Source: an uncultured Bacteroidota bacterium
GTDB lineage: Bacteria; Bacteroidota; Ignavibacteria; UBA10030; UBA6906
Length of the DNA stretch: 64,000 nucleotides
NCBI GenBank assembly: GCA_963700635.1
Contig: CAVOYH010000003.1
Location: 1,216,001 to 1,280,000, forward strand
Direction: 5' to 3'
Made by a program: the position numbers and the translations under genes. Shown one piece after another: positions 47,181 through 57,167 of this stretch. A model generated the notes under the pieces. The model ran no database searches. It saw only the letters and a program-made list of their open reading frames with translations, and had not been told where the DNA came from. Numbering within the stretch: position 1 is the first letter of the stretch; the number at the start of each line of letters is the position of its first letter.

Positions 47181-47645
47181 ATGGAAGCTGCTGAACACCC
47201 TACTGTCCGAACAAAATCTTTCACGTACAAGACCGGCACGACGTGGACGGATGGACGTGCCGGGACGCTGGCGTCGGAAGGCAAGCCCACCCTCCGCATA
47301 TCAAGTCCGCCGGAATTCAAGGGCGAACGGGGCGTATGGACGCCGGAGGATCTGTTTGTCGGCGCTGTGGAAGTATGCCATATGACGACGTTTCTCGCAT
47401 TCGCCGGGCAGCGAAAGATCAACGTCCTCTCGTACAAGAGCCATGCCAATGGTGTGCTGGAGTTCATTGACGGAGACTATCGATTCACCCGCATCGTGAT
47501 ATTTCCGACGATCACGGTCGGGAACGCGGTGGTGGAGACAGAGGTCCATACCCTCCTGCGTGAGGCCGAAAAACACTGCCTGGTCGCGAATTCGATTGCG
47601 TCGATCGTTGAAGTGAATCCGACAATTGTCGTTCAGCCCGGATGA
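47181..47645 (+). CDS. OsmC/Ohr family protein
   Basis: PPEFKG..WTPEDLF..AV.VC, plus a second Cys in AEKHCLVANS. Confidence 0.85.
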   Translation: MEAAEHPTVRTKSFTYKTGTTWTDGRAGTLASEGKPTLRISSPPEFKGERGVWTPEDLFVGAVEVCHMTTFLAFAGQRKINVLSYKSHANGVLEFIDGDYRFTRIVIFPTITVGNAVVETEVHTLLREAEKHCLVANSIASIVEVNPTIVVQPG

Positions 47646-47667
47646 CTTCGGCGGGCGAATCCGTGAT

Positions 47668-47696
47668 TTGATTTTACCCCGCCAATATGGTATACT
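47668..47696 (+). promoter_or_regulatory. Sigma70-type promoter of hemN
   Basis: TTGATT-N17-TATACT with a TG extension. Confidence 0.7.
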
Positions 47697-47702
47697 GTAT
47701 GC

Positions 47703-49109
47703 GTGAGCAATAAGTTTATGGGACGACCGTTCTTGAATATCGATGTTGACCTTCTAAAGAAGTACGACAGGCCGGGACCACGATACACCAGTTATCCGAC
47801 CGCCCCCATCTTCCAGCCCACGTTCACCGCCGCAAATTTTCGGGATGAAATCCTTGCCACAAACCCTCCCGGGGCGAGTGACGACATTTCGCTGTATGTC
47901 CATATCCCTTTCTGCGACACCCTCTGTTTTTTCTGTGGATGTACGATGTTGGTGACACGGGACCGGAACCGGATCGATGAGTATGTACGGTACCTGAAGG
48001 TAGAAATTACGCGTGTGGCCGAGCTTGTTGCTCCCGGCCGGCGCGTAACACAACTGCACTGGGGGGGTGGTACGCCAACCCATCTTTCACCGGATCAGAT
48101 TCTGGATATCGCCGGAGCACTCCGTTCGGCATTTGTTTTTGCGCCGGATGCAGAATGTAGTGTCGAAATTGACCCGCGGGAGCTTGACCGCCGCCATCTG
48201 GAGGCGCTTGCAGAAGCAGGCTTCAACCGCATGAGCATGGGGGTGCAGGATTTTGAACTGCAAGTGCAGGCCGCAGTCAACCGGATCCAACCGGAGTGGA
48301 TCTCGCGCCAGGTCTATGGGTGGGCGAGAGAACTCGGTTTCTCGAGTATCAATATCGATTTAATGTACGGCCTGCCGCATCAAACGGTGGATTCATTCGA
48401 GCGCACCATTCGGGGAATCATCACCTATAACCCCGACAGAATTGCGGTCTTCAACTATGCGCACGTCCCGTGGCTGAAACCACACCAGAAGTTGATCCAG
48501 CAGGATATGCTGCCATCTCCCGAATCCAAACTTGACATACTGAAGATGACGATCGAGCTCCTCACAGAGGGCGGTTATGAGTACATCGGAATGGATCACT
48601 TTGCCAAACCTGAAGATGAACTTGCCAGGGCGCGGGAAAGCCGCACGCTGTACCGCAACTTCCAGGGATACTCGACCAAAGCCGGCGCGGACCTCTACGG
48701 TTTTGGCATGTCATCCATCAGCCACTTCCAGAACGTCTACGCACAGAACACCAAAATCCTCCCTGACTACTACAAAGCTCTCGATGCAGGGACGCTGGCA
48801 ACAATTCTCGGATACCGGATGACCCCGGATGATCATCTGCGCAAGCATGTCATCATGCGCCTGATGTGCGATCTGGAGCTGGACATGGGATCGGTCGAAC
48901 GGCAGTTCGGAATCCGGTTTGCGGAGTATTTTGCCACGGCACTCAAAGCCCTGGTTCCACTGGAACAGGATGGATTGGTCGAGTGTACATCTGACCGGAT
49001 AGTGATTGTCGGTCCGGGTCGATTACTTCTGCGCAATATTGCGATGTGTTTTGACGCATATCTCGAACGCCTCAGCAAAGAAAAACCCATCTTCTCCCGC
49101 ACCGTTTGA
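47703..49109 (+). CDS. hemN: Oxygen-independent coproporphyrinogen III oxidase
   Basis: GPRYTSYPTA, HIPFCDTLCFFCGC, GGGTP, IGMDHFA, RNFQGY. Confidence 0.96.
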   Translation: MSNKFMGRPFLNIDVDLLKKYDRPGPRYTSYPTAPIFQPTFTAANFRDEILATNPPGASDDISLYVHIPFCDTLCFFCGCTMLVTRDRNRIDEYVRYLKVEITRVAELVAPGRRVTQLHWGGGTPTHLSPDQILDIAGALRSAFVFAPDAECSVEIDPRELDRRHLEALAEAGFNRMSMGVQDFELQVQAAVNRIQPEWISRQVYGWARELGFSSINIDLMYGLPHQTVDSFERTIRGIITYNPDRIAVFNYAHVPWLKPHQKLIQQDMLPSPESKLDILKMTIELLTEGGYEYIGMDHFAKPEDELARARESRTLYRNFQGYSTKAGADLYGFGMSSISHFQNVYAQNTKILPDYYKALDAGTLATILGYRMTPDDHLRKHVIMRLMCDLELDMGSVERQFGIRFAEYFATALKALVPLEQDGLVECTSDRIVIVGPGRLLLRNIAMCFDAYLERLSKEKPIFSRTV

Positions 49110-49213
49110 ATACTGCTTCGTTTGCGCGGGGGATCGTGCGCGCAAACCGGATAGAAGGAGAGAGCTTGCTTATTCTCTTTCGAAGTGCGATATTAAAACC
49201 AAAGACCCACCGT

Positions 49214-52200
49214 ATGCTTGCCATCTCCCTCTTGCCCCGGCTGCTCATTTTCACCCTTCTGATTCCCGTCTTTGCCTATGCCCAGATGCCCCAACTGTAC
49301 GACAGCTGGCGGTGGGCCCGGTTTGGGAAGGAAGCCGGCCTGTCTTCCGAGAAGATCCTGCAGCTTCATGAATCCCAGAATGGTGAAGTATGGGTGTACA
49401 CGGCGGGCGGCATTAACCGGTTTGATGGATTTCAGTGGATTCCGGTGAAAGTGCCGAACATACCGGTGGAGGGAGTCCATGACCTTCGCATCTCCCCCGA
49501 CACAGCCGGCATTCTCTTGAGTTATGATTACATGATCTATGCTGTGAGGCGAGACACCGTTGTGGCTATTCCGGTTTCTGACTCCCGGGGTCCTCTTGCC
49601 ACGTATGCGACGTGGCGGGAACCGGGTGGATCGCTGGTCGTTCGGGGAGATACGGCACTGTACCGCATTACCGGCACGAATGTCTCTACCCTTCCCTCTC
49701 CGTTTGCTCCTTCTCAGATCCGAAACGTGTACCCACCCGTGCCGGCAAACTTCATTTTTCCTTCAGATCTGGGGCTCTGGTTCAAAGCCGGACCGGCTCT
49801 ATTCCGGTACGAGTCGGGAAACTGGGAAAACATGTATCACTCTCCCGGTGGCTTCCTGCGCCTTCACCATCTTGTGGAAAACAAGGCCGGATCGGGGATG
49901 GTCATACTCGAACCCGTTACCGGAGACGTACGCATCTTCGAATGGTCCCGTTCCGGACCGCTTCAAGAACTTCGCGGCGAAAGCGGTGACCTCGTGCAAT
50001 CACTCACGGTCGATCCCGACGGGCGTTTTCTCCTGCTTTATACTTCCGGGGAACTCCGGTTTCGCCATAACGGACACTGGTCATGGCTTCCCCCTCTGCC
50101 GCCCCCGGTTGCACAGGCACGGTTTCTCAAGTTCGGATCCAGAGGCGATCTCTGGGTGGGAGGTGATGACGGTCTCTTTTACTGCCGTATCTCCCGGGAC
50201 CGCTGGCTGAACTGGAAAGAACCACTCCCTTCCCTCGCGAATATGATCAACGAAATTGTCCTGGCCCGGGATGGCACCTTCTGGATTGGCACACGCGATG
50301 GAATAGAGATACGCAAGCCCGACGGTCAAACACAACGAATCAGGGAGTTGTCCGGTATACCTCTGGGCCGTGTGACTGCCATAGGTGAAGACCGGGACGG
50401 CCATATCTGGATTGGCAGTGGAGCCGCCTTTGCCGGTGCATTCTGCTGGAATGGCCGGACCTGGAACCACTATGGTGTGAAGGAGGGATTAGCTGCTCCG
50501 CGCATCCATCGGATTGCAAAAGACCGGCGGGGGCGATTGTGGTTTCTCGGTCTAAACACGGGACGGCTTGTCCCGGGTCTCGTCGACGAACCGGGTGCTT
50601 TTGTCCTGGAAGACAGAACATTTATCCGCTGGGGAAAAGAGGAGGGTCTGCTCGATGGCCGCGTGTACGCGTTTGTTGAAGACGCAAAGGGTGCGTACTG
50701 GTTCGGAACATGGTCGGGCCTCAGCCGGTTTCACAATGGCCAGTGGACGTACTGGCAAAGGGATCGTGGGTTGCGCGAATCACGGGTCTGGACTCTCGCC
50801 GTGGACTCAACGGATCGTGTTTTTTTTAGTCATCAGTTCACCGGACTGGGTTACTTTGATGCACACGACAGCGTACACTATTTTGGTAATGCCGATGGTC
50901 TGATCGGAGACCAGGTTTGGGAAGTGGACGTGGACCAACGCGGATGGGTATGGGTCGCTACGAGCAGTGGCCTTGGATGTTGGACTGGTTCTGAGTGGTT
51001 TCGATTTGATTCACATGCAGGCTTGCCCAATGACAAACTGTGGCCGATTCTGCCGATGGGTCGTGAAATTCTCGTCGGCACCCTGGGCGATGGTGTGGCC
51101 GTTCTCAGGCTTGACAGTCTGAACACGGTACCACCCCGAGTTGTCATTGCCGAACCTGTGGTGGAAGGTGATGACGCCTCGCTGTCATGGACCCCGCATG
51201 CGTATTGGGGGGATCTTCCCGCGATGGGTATCAAGACTCGCTTTCGGCTCTCCGGCACTGCGTGGTCCACCTGGAGCCTGCAGCATGCCGTTACCATACG
51301 TGGCCTGCCCGCAGGGACCCACCAATGTGAAGTCCAGGCAGAAAGTCCCCTTGGACAAGTCCGATCACAGTCGGCCGTACGTACCTTTACCATTCCTCCC
51401 CCTCTGTACCTGCGCCCGGTTGTGGCCCTGCCTATTGTGATCCTTCTTACGCTCGTGATCACGCTGGCGCTTGTCGGATGGCTGCGCCGTCAATCCTACA
51501 ACCGGACGATTCGGGAAAACGAGGCGAAGTTCAGGGCACAATACAAGGGGAATCCCATTCCAACTTTTACTTTTAGAAGACTTGCTGATGATTTTGTCTT
51601 GAACGACTGTAATGACGCCGCAGAGGTAATCACGCTCGGCAATTCCCGTGAATGGTTGGGAAAACGTTTTGATGAAATCCTTCCCCATGCGAGTGATGCG
51701 AAAGACCTGCTGGAGGAGTGTGTCCGAACGAGTTCCACTATTCGGACGGATTACAGTTATCAATATCAATCGGTAAACCGGAGGGTGGATCTCGCCGTGA
51801 CATTTGCATTCGTCCCTCCCGACTTTGTCCTGGTACACACCGAAGATGTCACCGAACGAAAACTGAGCGAGGAGTATCTGAAACAATCCCGTGAGCAATT
51901 ACGTGCCCTGGCGGCACGCTTGCAGTCTGTCCGTGAAGAAGAACGGACGATGCTTTCGCGGGAGATCCATGATGAGCTGGGACAACTTATGACGGGCTTG
52001 AAAATGGATCTGGCGTGGATCCGGCGGAAGGTCGTGGATCTGGGCCGCGAAATTCCCGACGCGGTGTCCCAGCGTATGGTCCAGATGAATGGTCTGCTCG
52101 ACGATGCGATTCAAACGGTTCGCAAGATTGCCGGACAACTGCGCCCGGCCATTCTGGACGATCTGGGGCTTGTGCCGGCAATCGAGTGGCAGGCCCGCGA

Positions 52201-52567
52201 CTTCGGAGACCGGACGGGTATAGCCTGCGAAATATCTCTTGGTACGGAGGAAGTCCAGATGGAGCGTGACAAGGCGACCGAACTGTTCCGGATTTATCAG
52301 GAGCTCCTTACCAATGTGGCCCGGCATGCCCATGCATCACGGGTGAATGTCACTCTCCATCTGGAAGGAGAACACGTTATTCTCGAAGTGCGTGACAATG
52401 GCCGGGGAATCCAGGAGGAAAATGTCCGACTCCCTTCATCGCTGGGTATTCTCGGTATGGAAGAGCGGGCCAGGCGTGTTAACGGTACACTCACCCTTGT
52501 GCAGGGCGATGAAGGTGGAACCGTGGCACGCGTTTGTGTTCCACGTAATCCCGGAGGCATGGTATGA
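49214..52567 (+). CDS. Membrane sensor kinase: periplasmic beta-propellers, Y_Y_Y-like domain, TM, PAS and HisKA_3/HATPase
   Basis: Repeated EGL...D..G..W.GT blades, IPPPLY then a TM helix, REIHDELGQ, ELLTNVARHA, DNGRG. Confidence 0.9.
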   Translation: MLAISLLPRLLIFTLLIPVFAYAQMPQLYDSWRWARFGKEAGLSSEKILQLHESQNGEVWVYTAGGINRFDGFQWIPVKVPNIPVEGVHDLRISPDTAGILLSYDYMIYAVRRDTVVAIPVSDSRGPLATYATWREPGGSLVVRGDTALYRITGTNVSTLPSPFAPSQIRNVYPPVPANFIFPSDLGLWFKAGPALFRYESGNWENMYHSPGGFLRLHHLVENKAGSGMVILEPVTGDVRIFEWSRSGPLQELRGESGDLVQSLTVDPDGRFLLLYTSGELRFRHNGHWSWLPPLPPPVAQARFLKFGSRGDLWVGGDDGLFYCRISRDRWLNWKEPLPSLANMINEIVLARDGTFWIGTRDGIEIRKPDGQTQRIRELSGIPLGRVTAIGEDRDGHIWIGSGAAFAGAFCWNGRTWNHYGVKEGLAAPRIHRIAKDRRGRLWFLGLNTGRLVPGLVDEPGAFVLEDRTFIRWGKEEGLLDGRVYAFVEDAKGAYWFGTWSGLSRFHNGQWTYWQRDRGLRESRVWTLAVDSTDRVFFSHQFTGLGYFDAHDSVHYFGNADGLIGDQVWEVDVDQRGWVWVATSSGLGCWTGSEWFRFDSHAGLPNDKLWPILPMGREILVGTLGDGVAVLRLDSLNTVPPRVVIAEPVVEGDDASLSWTPHAYWGDLPAMGIKTRFRLSGTAWSTWSLQHAVTIRGLPAGTHQCEVQAESPLGQVRSQSAVRTFTIPPPLYLRPVVALPIVILLTLVITLALVGWLRRQSYNRTIRENEAKFRAQYKGNPIPTFTFRRLADDFVLNDCNDAAEVITLGNSREWLGKRFDEILPHASDAKDLLEECVRTSSTIRTDYSYQYQSVNRRVDLAVTFAFVPPDFVLVHTEDVTERKLSEEYLKQSREQLRALAARLQSVREEERTMLSREIHDELGQLMTGLKMDLAWIRRKVVDLGREIPDAVSQRMVQMNGLLDDAIQTVRKIAGQLRPAILDDLGLVPAIEWQARDFGDRTGIACEISLGTEEVQMERDKATELFRIYQELLTNVARHAHASRVNVTLHLEGEHVILEVRDNGRGIQEENVRLPSSLGILGMEERARRVNGTLTLVQGDEGGTVARVCVPRNPGGMV

Positions 52568-53199
52568 GGGTACTTATTGCCGATGATCATGCGGTTGTGC
52601 GACGGGGTGTCCGGCAGATACTGCTGGATGAATTTCCGGATTGTGAGGTAGTCGAAGCCCAGAACGCCGAAGAACTCGTGCGCTTTGTCCGCGCAGAGCA
52701 AACGGACATCGTTGTGCTTGACATCTCTCTTCCTGACCGGAACGGTCTGGACGTTCTTAAGGACCTCAAGCTCGAATTCCCTGCTCTGCCCGTGGTCGTC
52801 CTGAGCATGCATCCGGAAGAGCAGTTTGCCGTGCGGGTTCTTCGTGCAGGTGGCGTGGGATTTGTCACAAAAGAAAGCGCTTCGGATGAGCTGACCACGG
52901 CAGTGCGATTAGGGCTGAAACGGCAGCAATATCTTAGCCCCGCCCTTGCGCGCCGGCTCGCGCTGGAATCGATCACATATCCGAAAGATCTTCCATCACC
53001 TGTCGGACTCTCTGATCGGGAAGTCCAGATCCTTTGCCTCATTGCTCAAGGCAAGACCCTCGCCGAAATGAGGGATTCACTCTCCCTGAGCATCAAAACG
53101 GTAAGCACCTATCGGGCAAGGCTTATGGCGAAACTGAACGTGCAAAACAATGCCGAATTGATACATTATGCTATTGTGAATGGCTATGTCATAAAGTAA
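52564..53199 (+). CDS. NarL/UvrY family response regulator
   Basis: IADDHAVVR, LDISLP, LuxR HTH LSDRE...SIKTVSTYR. Confidence 0.94.
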   Translation: MRVLIADDHAVVRRGVRQILLDEFPDCEVVEAQNAEELVRFVRAEQTDIVVLDISLPDRNGLDVLKDLKLEFPALPVVVLSMHPEEQFAVRVLRAGGVGFVTKESASDELTTAVRLGLKRQQYLSPALARRLALESITYPKDLPSPVGLSDREVQILCLIAQGKTLAEMRDSLSLSIKTVSTYRARLMAKLNVQNNAELIHYAIVNGYVIK

Positions 53200-53229
53200 G
53201 ACTCCGTCTGCCAATATGACTGCCACTTC

Positions 53230-53292
53230 TTCCTACGAGGCCTTCCAGAGATTCTGACACAGACCGCTTTCTTTTCAGGCAGATTCCTACAC
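53230..53292 (+). promoter_or_regulatory. Phased direct repeats, candidate response-regulator binding sites
   Basis: TTCCTAC (53230), TTCTGAC (53252) and TTCCTAC (53284). Confidence 0.4.
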
Positions 53293-53368
53293 GAAAATCA
53301 GATGATTTGGAATTGACTGGATCGGGGCAGGTTGGTACCTTGGCCTTGCTCATTGTTCGTTGCCATCA

Positions 53369-53821
53369 ATGCCCCCCAAACCCAAGACAACGCCCTGCAA
53401 CATCATCCTGGCCGACGCTCATTTTCTTGTGAGGCGTGGTCTCCGCCAGATTATCATCGATGCGCTAGGTTCGGCCACCATAAGAGAAGTTGCCGACGCA
53501 GAGTCGTTGGTGCGAGCGATAAAGCAGTCCATTCCCGATCTCATTCTCTTTGATATTTCGCTGCCTGGACCCGGAGGTCTCACCGTCTTCAAAGAGGTTC
53601 GTCAGTTACTCCCGCAGGATGTCCCCATCGTAGTGCTGAGCAGCCATCTGGAATCTGAATTTGTTCTCTGTACGATTGCTGCAGGGGCTCACGCGGTTGT
53701 TCTGACGGAGCGTGCCGATGAAGACCTTTTCCGAGCCATCGAGGCAATTCAATCGGGGAAGATTTACGTGAGCACTGCCCTGCTTACCACCCGCAGCACA
53801 CTCGCTGTTCTTTCCGCCTGA
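53369..53821 (+). CDS. Receiver-only response regulator (NarL-like, no HTH)
   Basis: ILADAHFLVRRGLRQI...FDISLPG; the protein ends after the receiver domain. Confidence 0.75.
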   Translation: MPPKPKTTPCNIILADAHFLVRRGLRQIIIDALGSATIREVADAESLVRAIKQSIPDLILFDISLPGPGGLTVFKEVRQLLPQDVPIVVLSSHLESEFVLCTIAAGAHAVVLTERADEDLFRAIEAIQSGKIYVSTALLTTRSTLAVLSA

Positions 53822-53887
53822 TCGTCCTCACACAAAGCATCTCATGGCATAATCCCGTATATTGTGCGGAATTAATCTCATTGAGGA

Positions 53888-54964
53888 ATGGCGACTGCAC
53901 GTTTTTCAACCCCGGGCCGGGTGTGTCTGTTTGGCGAACATCAGGATTACCTCCAACTTCCTGTCGTTCCGTGCGCAATTTCATTGCGTATCACCATTCG
54001 TGGTGAGCATCAAAACGAACGGTCCATAACTGTCGAGCTGCCCGATATCAGTTCTCAGGAGGACCTGGCTCTCGACGAGCCGGCTCCCTACAGGCACAAC
54101 AGAGACTATCTTCGGAGTGGCCTGAATGTGATGCGGCGCCATGGTCATTCCTTCAACCGGGGCATCCGCGCCTCAGTCCGTAGTGCGATACCGATCAATG
54201 CCGGGACCTCAAGTTCATCCGCCTTGCTGGTAACCTGGGTCGCACTCCTCGCTCGATTAAGCGATCAGGAAAAGACCCTCTCTCCTGAAGAGTGCGCCCG
54301 GTATGCCCATGAGGCAGAAGTGCTGGAGTTTGGAGAGCCGGGCGGGCAGATGGATCATTATTCGACCGCGCTAGGAGGGATTCTTGCCATAGAGTTCGCC
54401 CCTGCGTTGCGTATTGATAAACTGGCCGTGTCGCCGGGCGCCTTTGTTCTGGGTAACTCCGGCGAGCCCAAAGACACCACCGGTATTCTCAGGCGTGTAC
54501 GGGACAGAGTGCAGCACATTACCCGGATACTTGAGCAAAGGCATCCGGGGTTCTCGTTGCAGACCGCGGCAGAAAGCACCATCGCGGACCTTGGAGCAGA
54601 ACTTCCCTCTGATGATGCCCTTCTCCTCGCCGGAACGATCAAGAACAGACAGCTGACGCGCGAAGCCCGCGCACTGCTCGGCTCCGCGGCGGTCGACTAC
54701 CGTCAACTCGGTGTGCTGCTGAACGAACACCACGCCGTGCTCTCCGGCACACTCCGCATCTCTACACCGAAAATTGACCGTATGCTTGACGCGGCATCTG
54801 CGGCAGGTGCCTACGGGGGGAAAATTAATGGATCCGGTGGGGGAGGATGTATGTTTGTGTATGCGCCCGAGAATCCTTCGAATATTGCGCAAGCCATAAC
54901 GGAGGTGGGGGGTGAAGCCTTCATCGTCCATATGACTGATGGGATTCGCCAGGAAGGTGCGTAG
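53888..54964 (+). CDS. GHMP family sugar kinase, galactokinase-like
   Basis: PGRVCLFGEHQDY, PINAGTSSSSA, GQMD, GKINGSGGGG. Confidence 0.88.
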   Translation: MATARFSTPGRVCLFGEHQDYLQLPVVPCAISLRITIRGEHQNERSITVELPDISSQEDLALDEPAPYRHNRDYLRSGLNVMRRHGHSFNRGIRASVRSAIPINAGTSSSSALLVTWVALLARLSDQEKTLSPEECARYAHEAEVLEFGEPGGQMDHYSTALGGILAIEFAPALRIDKLAVSPGAFVLGNSGEPKDTTGILRRVRDRVQHITRILEQRHPGFSLQTAAESTIADLGAELPSDDALLLAGTIKNRQLTREARALLGSAAVDYRQLGVLLNEHHAVLSGTLRISTPKIDRMLDAASAAGAYGGKINGSGGGGCMFVYAPENPSNIAQAITEVGGEAFIVHMTDGIRQEGA

Positions 54965-54970
54965 GACACC

Positions 54971-55861
54971 ATGAATGAAGGGAACCTGGTGATTCTGGCA
55001 GGCGGAGGCTCTTCGCGCATGCAGTCATCGACTGCGCGCGTGGAGGGACTTGATCAAGAAACCCGTCGCCAGATTCTGAGCGGGGGAAAGACCATGGTGA
55101 GCGTTGATGCAGCCGGCCGACCTCTCATCGAGTACATCGTCCGGAACGCAGCAGCGGCAGGCTACCATCACGTGGCCCTCCTGCTGGGTGTAAAGAATCA
55201 GGGGCTGCGCGACTATTTCGAACAGAAGACCGGCAGCGGCGAGCTTCAACAGATAACGTGGACATTTGTGACACAACCCATCCCTCCCGGACGCAGCAAG
55301 CCTGAAGGCACAGCCGCTGCGTTATTGTGCGCCCTGCGGGCCGTGCCGTCATGGCAGGGACAACACTGTACCGTGTGTAACGGCGACAATTTGTATTCAA
55401 CGCAAGCCCTGCGCCTTCTCCGCGAATCCCAGGCTCCCAACGCCCTCATCGACTACGACCGCGCAGCCCTGCAGTTCAGTCAGGAACGGATCAGGAGCTT
55501 TGCCGTCTTGCTGAAAGACAGGGACGGCTACCTCCGCGCGATTGTTGAAAAGCCCTCGCCTGAAGATCTTGAAGCAGCCCGCGACCGGACCGGGCGGATC
55601 GGGGTGAGTATGAACCTGTTCCGCTTCAGCTATGATGTGATCTTCGGCTTGCTCGAGAAGGTGCCGATGCATCCACAACGACAGGAAAAGGAACTTCCCG
55701 CCGCTGTTGCAGCACTACTTTCGACCGACGCACACACGATGCAGACAATCCCTCTGTCAGAGCATGTTCCCGATCTGACCGATGCCCATGATATAGGGAC
55801 TTTGCGCGGGTTGTTGTCGCCAGACTCACCATCTGGCTCCCGGAATACGAAGTTTCAATGA
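54971..55861 (+). CDS. Sugar-phosphate nucleotidyltransferase family protein
   Basis: ILAGGGSSRM, KP.GTA, NGDNLY, EKP, EKELP. Confidence 0.83.
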   Translation: MNEGNLVILAGGGSSRMQSSTARVEGLDQETRRQILSGGKTMVSVDAAGRPLIEYIVRNAAAAGYHHVALLLGVKNQGLRDYFEQKTGSGELQQITWTFVTQPIPPGRSKPEGTAAALLCALRAVPSWQGQHCTVCNGDNLYSTQALRLLRESQAPNALIDYDRAALQFSQERIRSFAVLLKDRDGYLRAIVEKPSPEDLEAARDRTGRIGVSMNLFRFSYDVIFGLLEKVPMHPQRQEKELPAAVAALLSTDAHTMQTIPLSEHVPDLTDAHDIGTLRGLLSPDSPSGSRNTKFQ

Positions 55862-55901
55862 ATGAACACCCGTTAACGAAGGGAAGTTGCGGGACCTTGC
55901 C

Positions 55902-57131
55902 ATGAAACCTTCCGGCGACACGCCAATTCGGGATGATCGCCTGTTCACAGGCCGTTTTTTTGTGATGTGCCTGTTCACCTTTGTTGTCTTCCTCTCGGCA
56001 TTCCAGCTTTTTCCCACTGCCCCATTCCGGATCATTGACCTGGGCGGCAGCACATTCACCGCAGGACTCTTCCTCGGACTGCTGACCTATGCCTCTGCAT
56101 TTTCCGCTCCCCTGACCGGCGCTTTGTCCGACCGGCTGGGCCGCAGGAAAATGTTGCTGGTGAGCAGCTGGGCACTCGTGTTTTTTGCGGTGGCGTACGG
56201 ATTGAGCCCGAATTATCAGATCCCGCTGATTCTTGTTGTCTTCCACGGGCTGTTCTGGTCCGGCCTCCTTTCCGCCTCTTCGGCGTACATGGGGGATATT
56301 ATTCCTGCTCACAGAAGGGCCGAAGGCATCGGGTACTGGGGGATGTCGAGTGTACTGGCCATTGCGGTCGCACCGTCACTCGGTTTATGGATTTATGAGT
56401 ATGGCTGGGAATGGATGTGTGTTTCCATAGCAGCGCTGAGTCTCCTCATGGCTGCCATCGCCTACAAGCTTCCCGAGACTGTTCCACCCAGAAACGTACA
56501 GGGACCAAAACTTCATCTCCGTGATCTGGTTGAATGGAAGGTTCTTGTACTTTCCATAGCACTGTTTATGTACGCGGTCGGACACGGAGGTGCAACATCC
56601 TTTTCTGCAGTGTATGCCCGCGCGCTGGAGATTGACCCGCCGGGGCTGTTCTTTACCGTAAATGCCGTGATGATTCTTCTGACGCGCCCGTTTTCCGGGA
56701 TGCTGGCCGACCGCCTGGGGCACCGGAAAGTGCTGGTTCCGTGTCTTCTGCTCATCTTCATTGGTTTGCTCCTGCTTGCCTTCAGCACTTCAAAGACCCT
56801 GTTTGTTGTGGCGGCGGCCGTGTACGGGCTGGGAATCGGCAATGTCTATCCGGTGTTCTCCGCATACATCATTCAACGGATCCCGGCCGAACGTCGTGGT
56901 GCGGCATTCGGGAGTGTTCTTGCGGCATTTGACACGGGGATAGGGACCGGTTCAATGATGACCGGCTTCCTCATCGAGCGGTACGGATTTACGGTGGCAT
57001 TTCTCTCCACCGCGGCACTTGCAGGTCTGGCGGTGCCGTATTTTCTGATTGCAGAAAAACGGCTTGCCTTAGATGATTCTCACCCGCCGCATTCCTCCCT
57101 TACCCCTTTAAAGCAGGACAGCCCGGAATGA
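55902..57131 (+). CDS. MFS transporter
   Basis: 12 hydrophobic segments, motif A twice (GALSDRLGRR; GMLADRLGHR). Confidence 0.92.
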   Translation: MKPSGDTPIRDDRLFTGRFFVMCLFTFVVFLSAFQLFPTAPFRIIDLGGSTFTAGLFLGLLTYASAFSAPLTGALSDRLGRRKMLLVSSWALVFFAVAYGLSPNYQIPLILVVFHGLFWSGLLSASSAYMGDIIPAHRRAEGIGYWGMSSVLAIAVAPSLGLWIYEYGWEWMCVSIAALSLLMAAIAYKLPETVPPRNVQGPKLHLRDLVEWKVLVLSIALFMYAVGHGGATSFSAVYARALEIDPPGLFFTVNAVMILLTRPFSGMLADRLGHRKVLVPCLLLIFIGLLLLAFSTSKTLFVVAAAVYGLGIGNVYPVFSAYIIQRIPAERRGAAFGSVLAAFDTGIGTGSMMTGFLIERYGFTVAFLSTAALAGLAVPYFLIAEKRLALDDSHPPHSSLTPLKQDSPE

Positions 57132-57145
57132 TACGCCGGGCTGTG
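57119..57145. terminator. Hairpin between convergent MFS and gpmA genes
   Basis: CAGCCCGG-N9-CCGGGCTG stem. Confidence 0.45.
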
Positions 57146-57167
57146 TCTGCACTGCCATCCAGGGAAT

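Noticed and set aside
53332-53350. Sigma54-like TTGGTAC...TTGC
   Set aside because: Spacing between GG and GC is longer than the required 10 nt.
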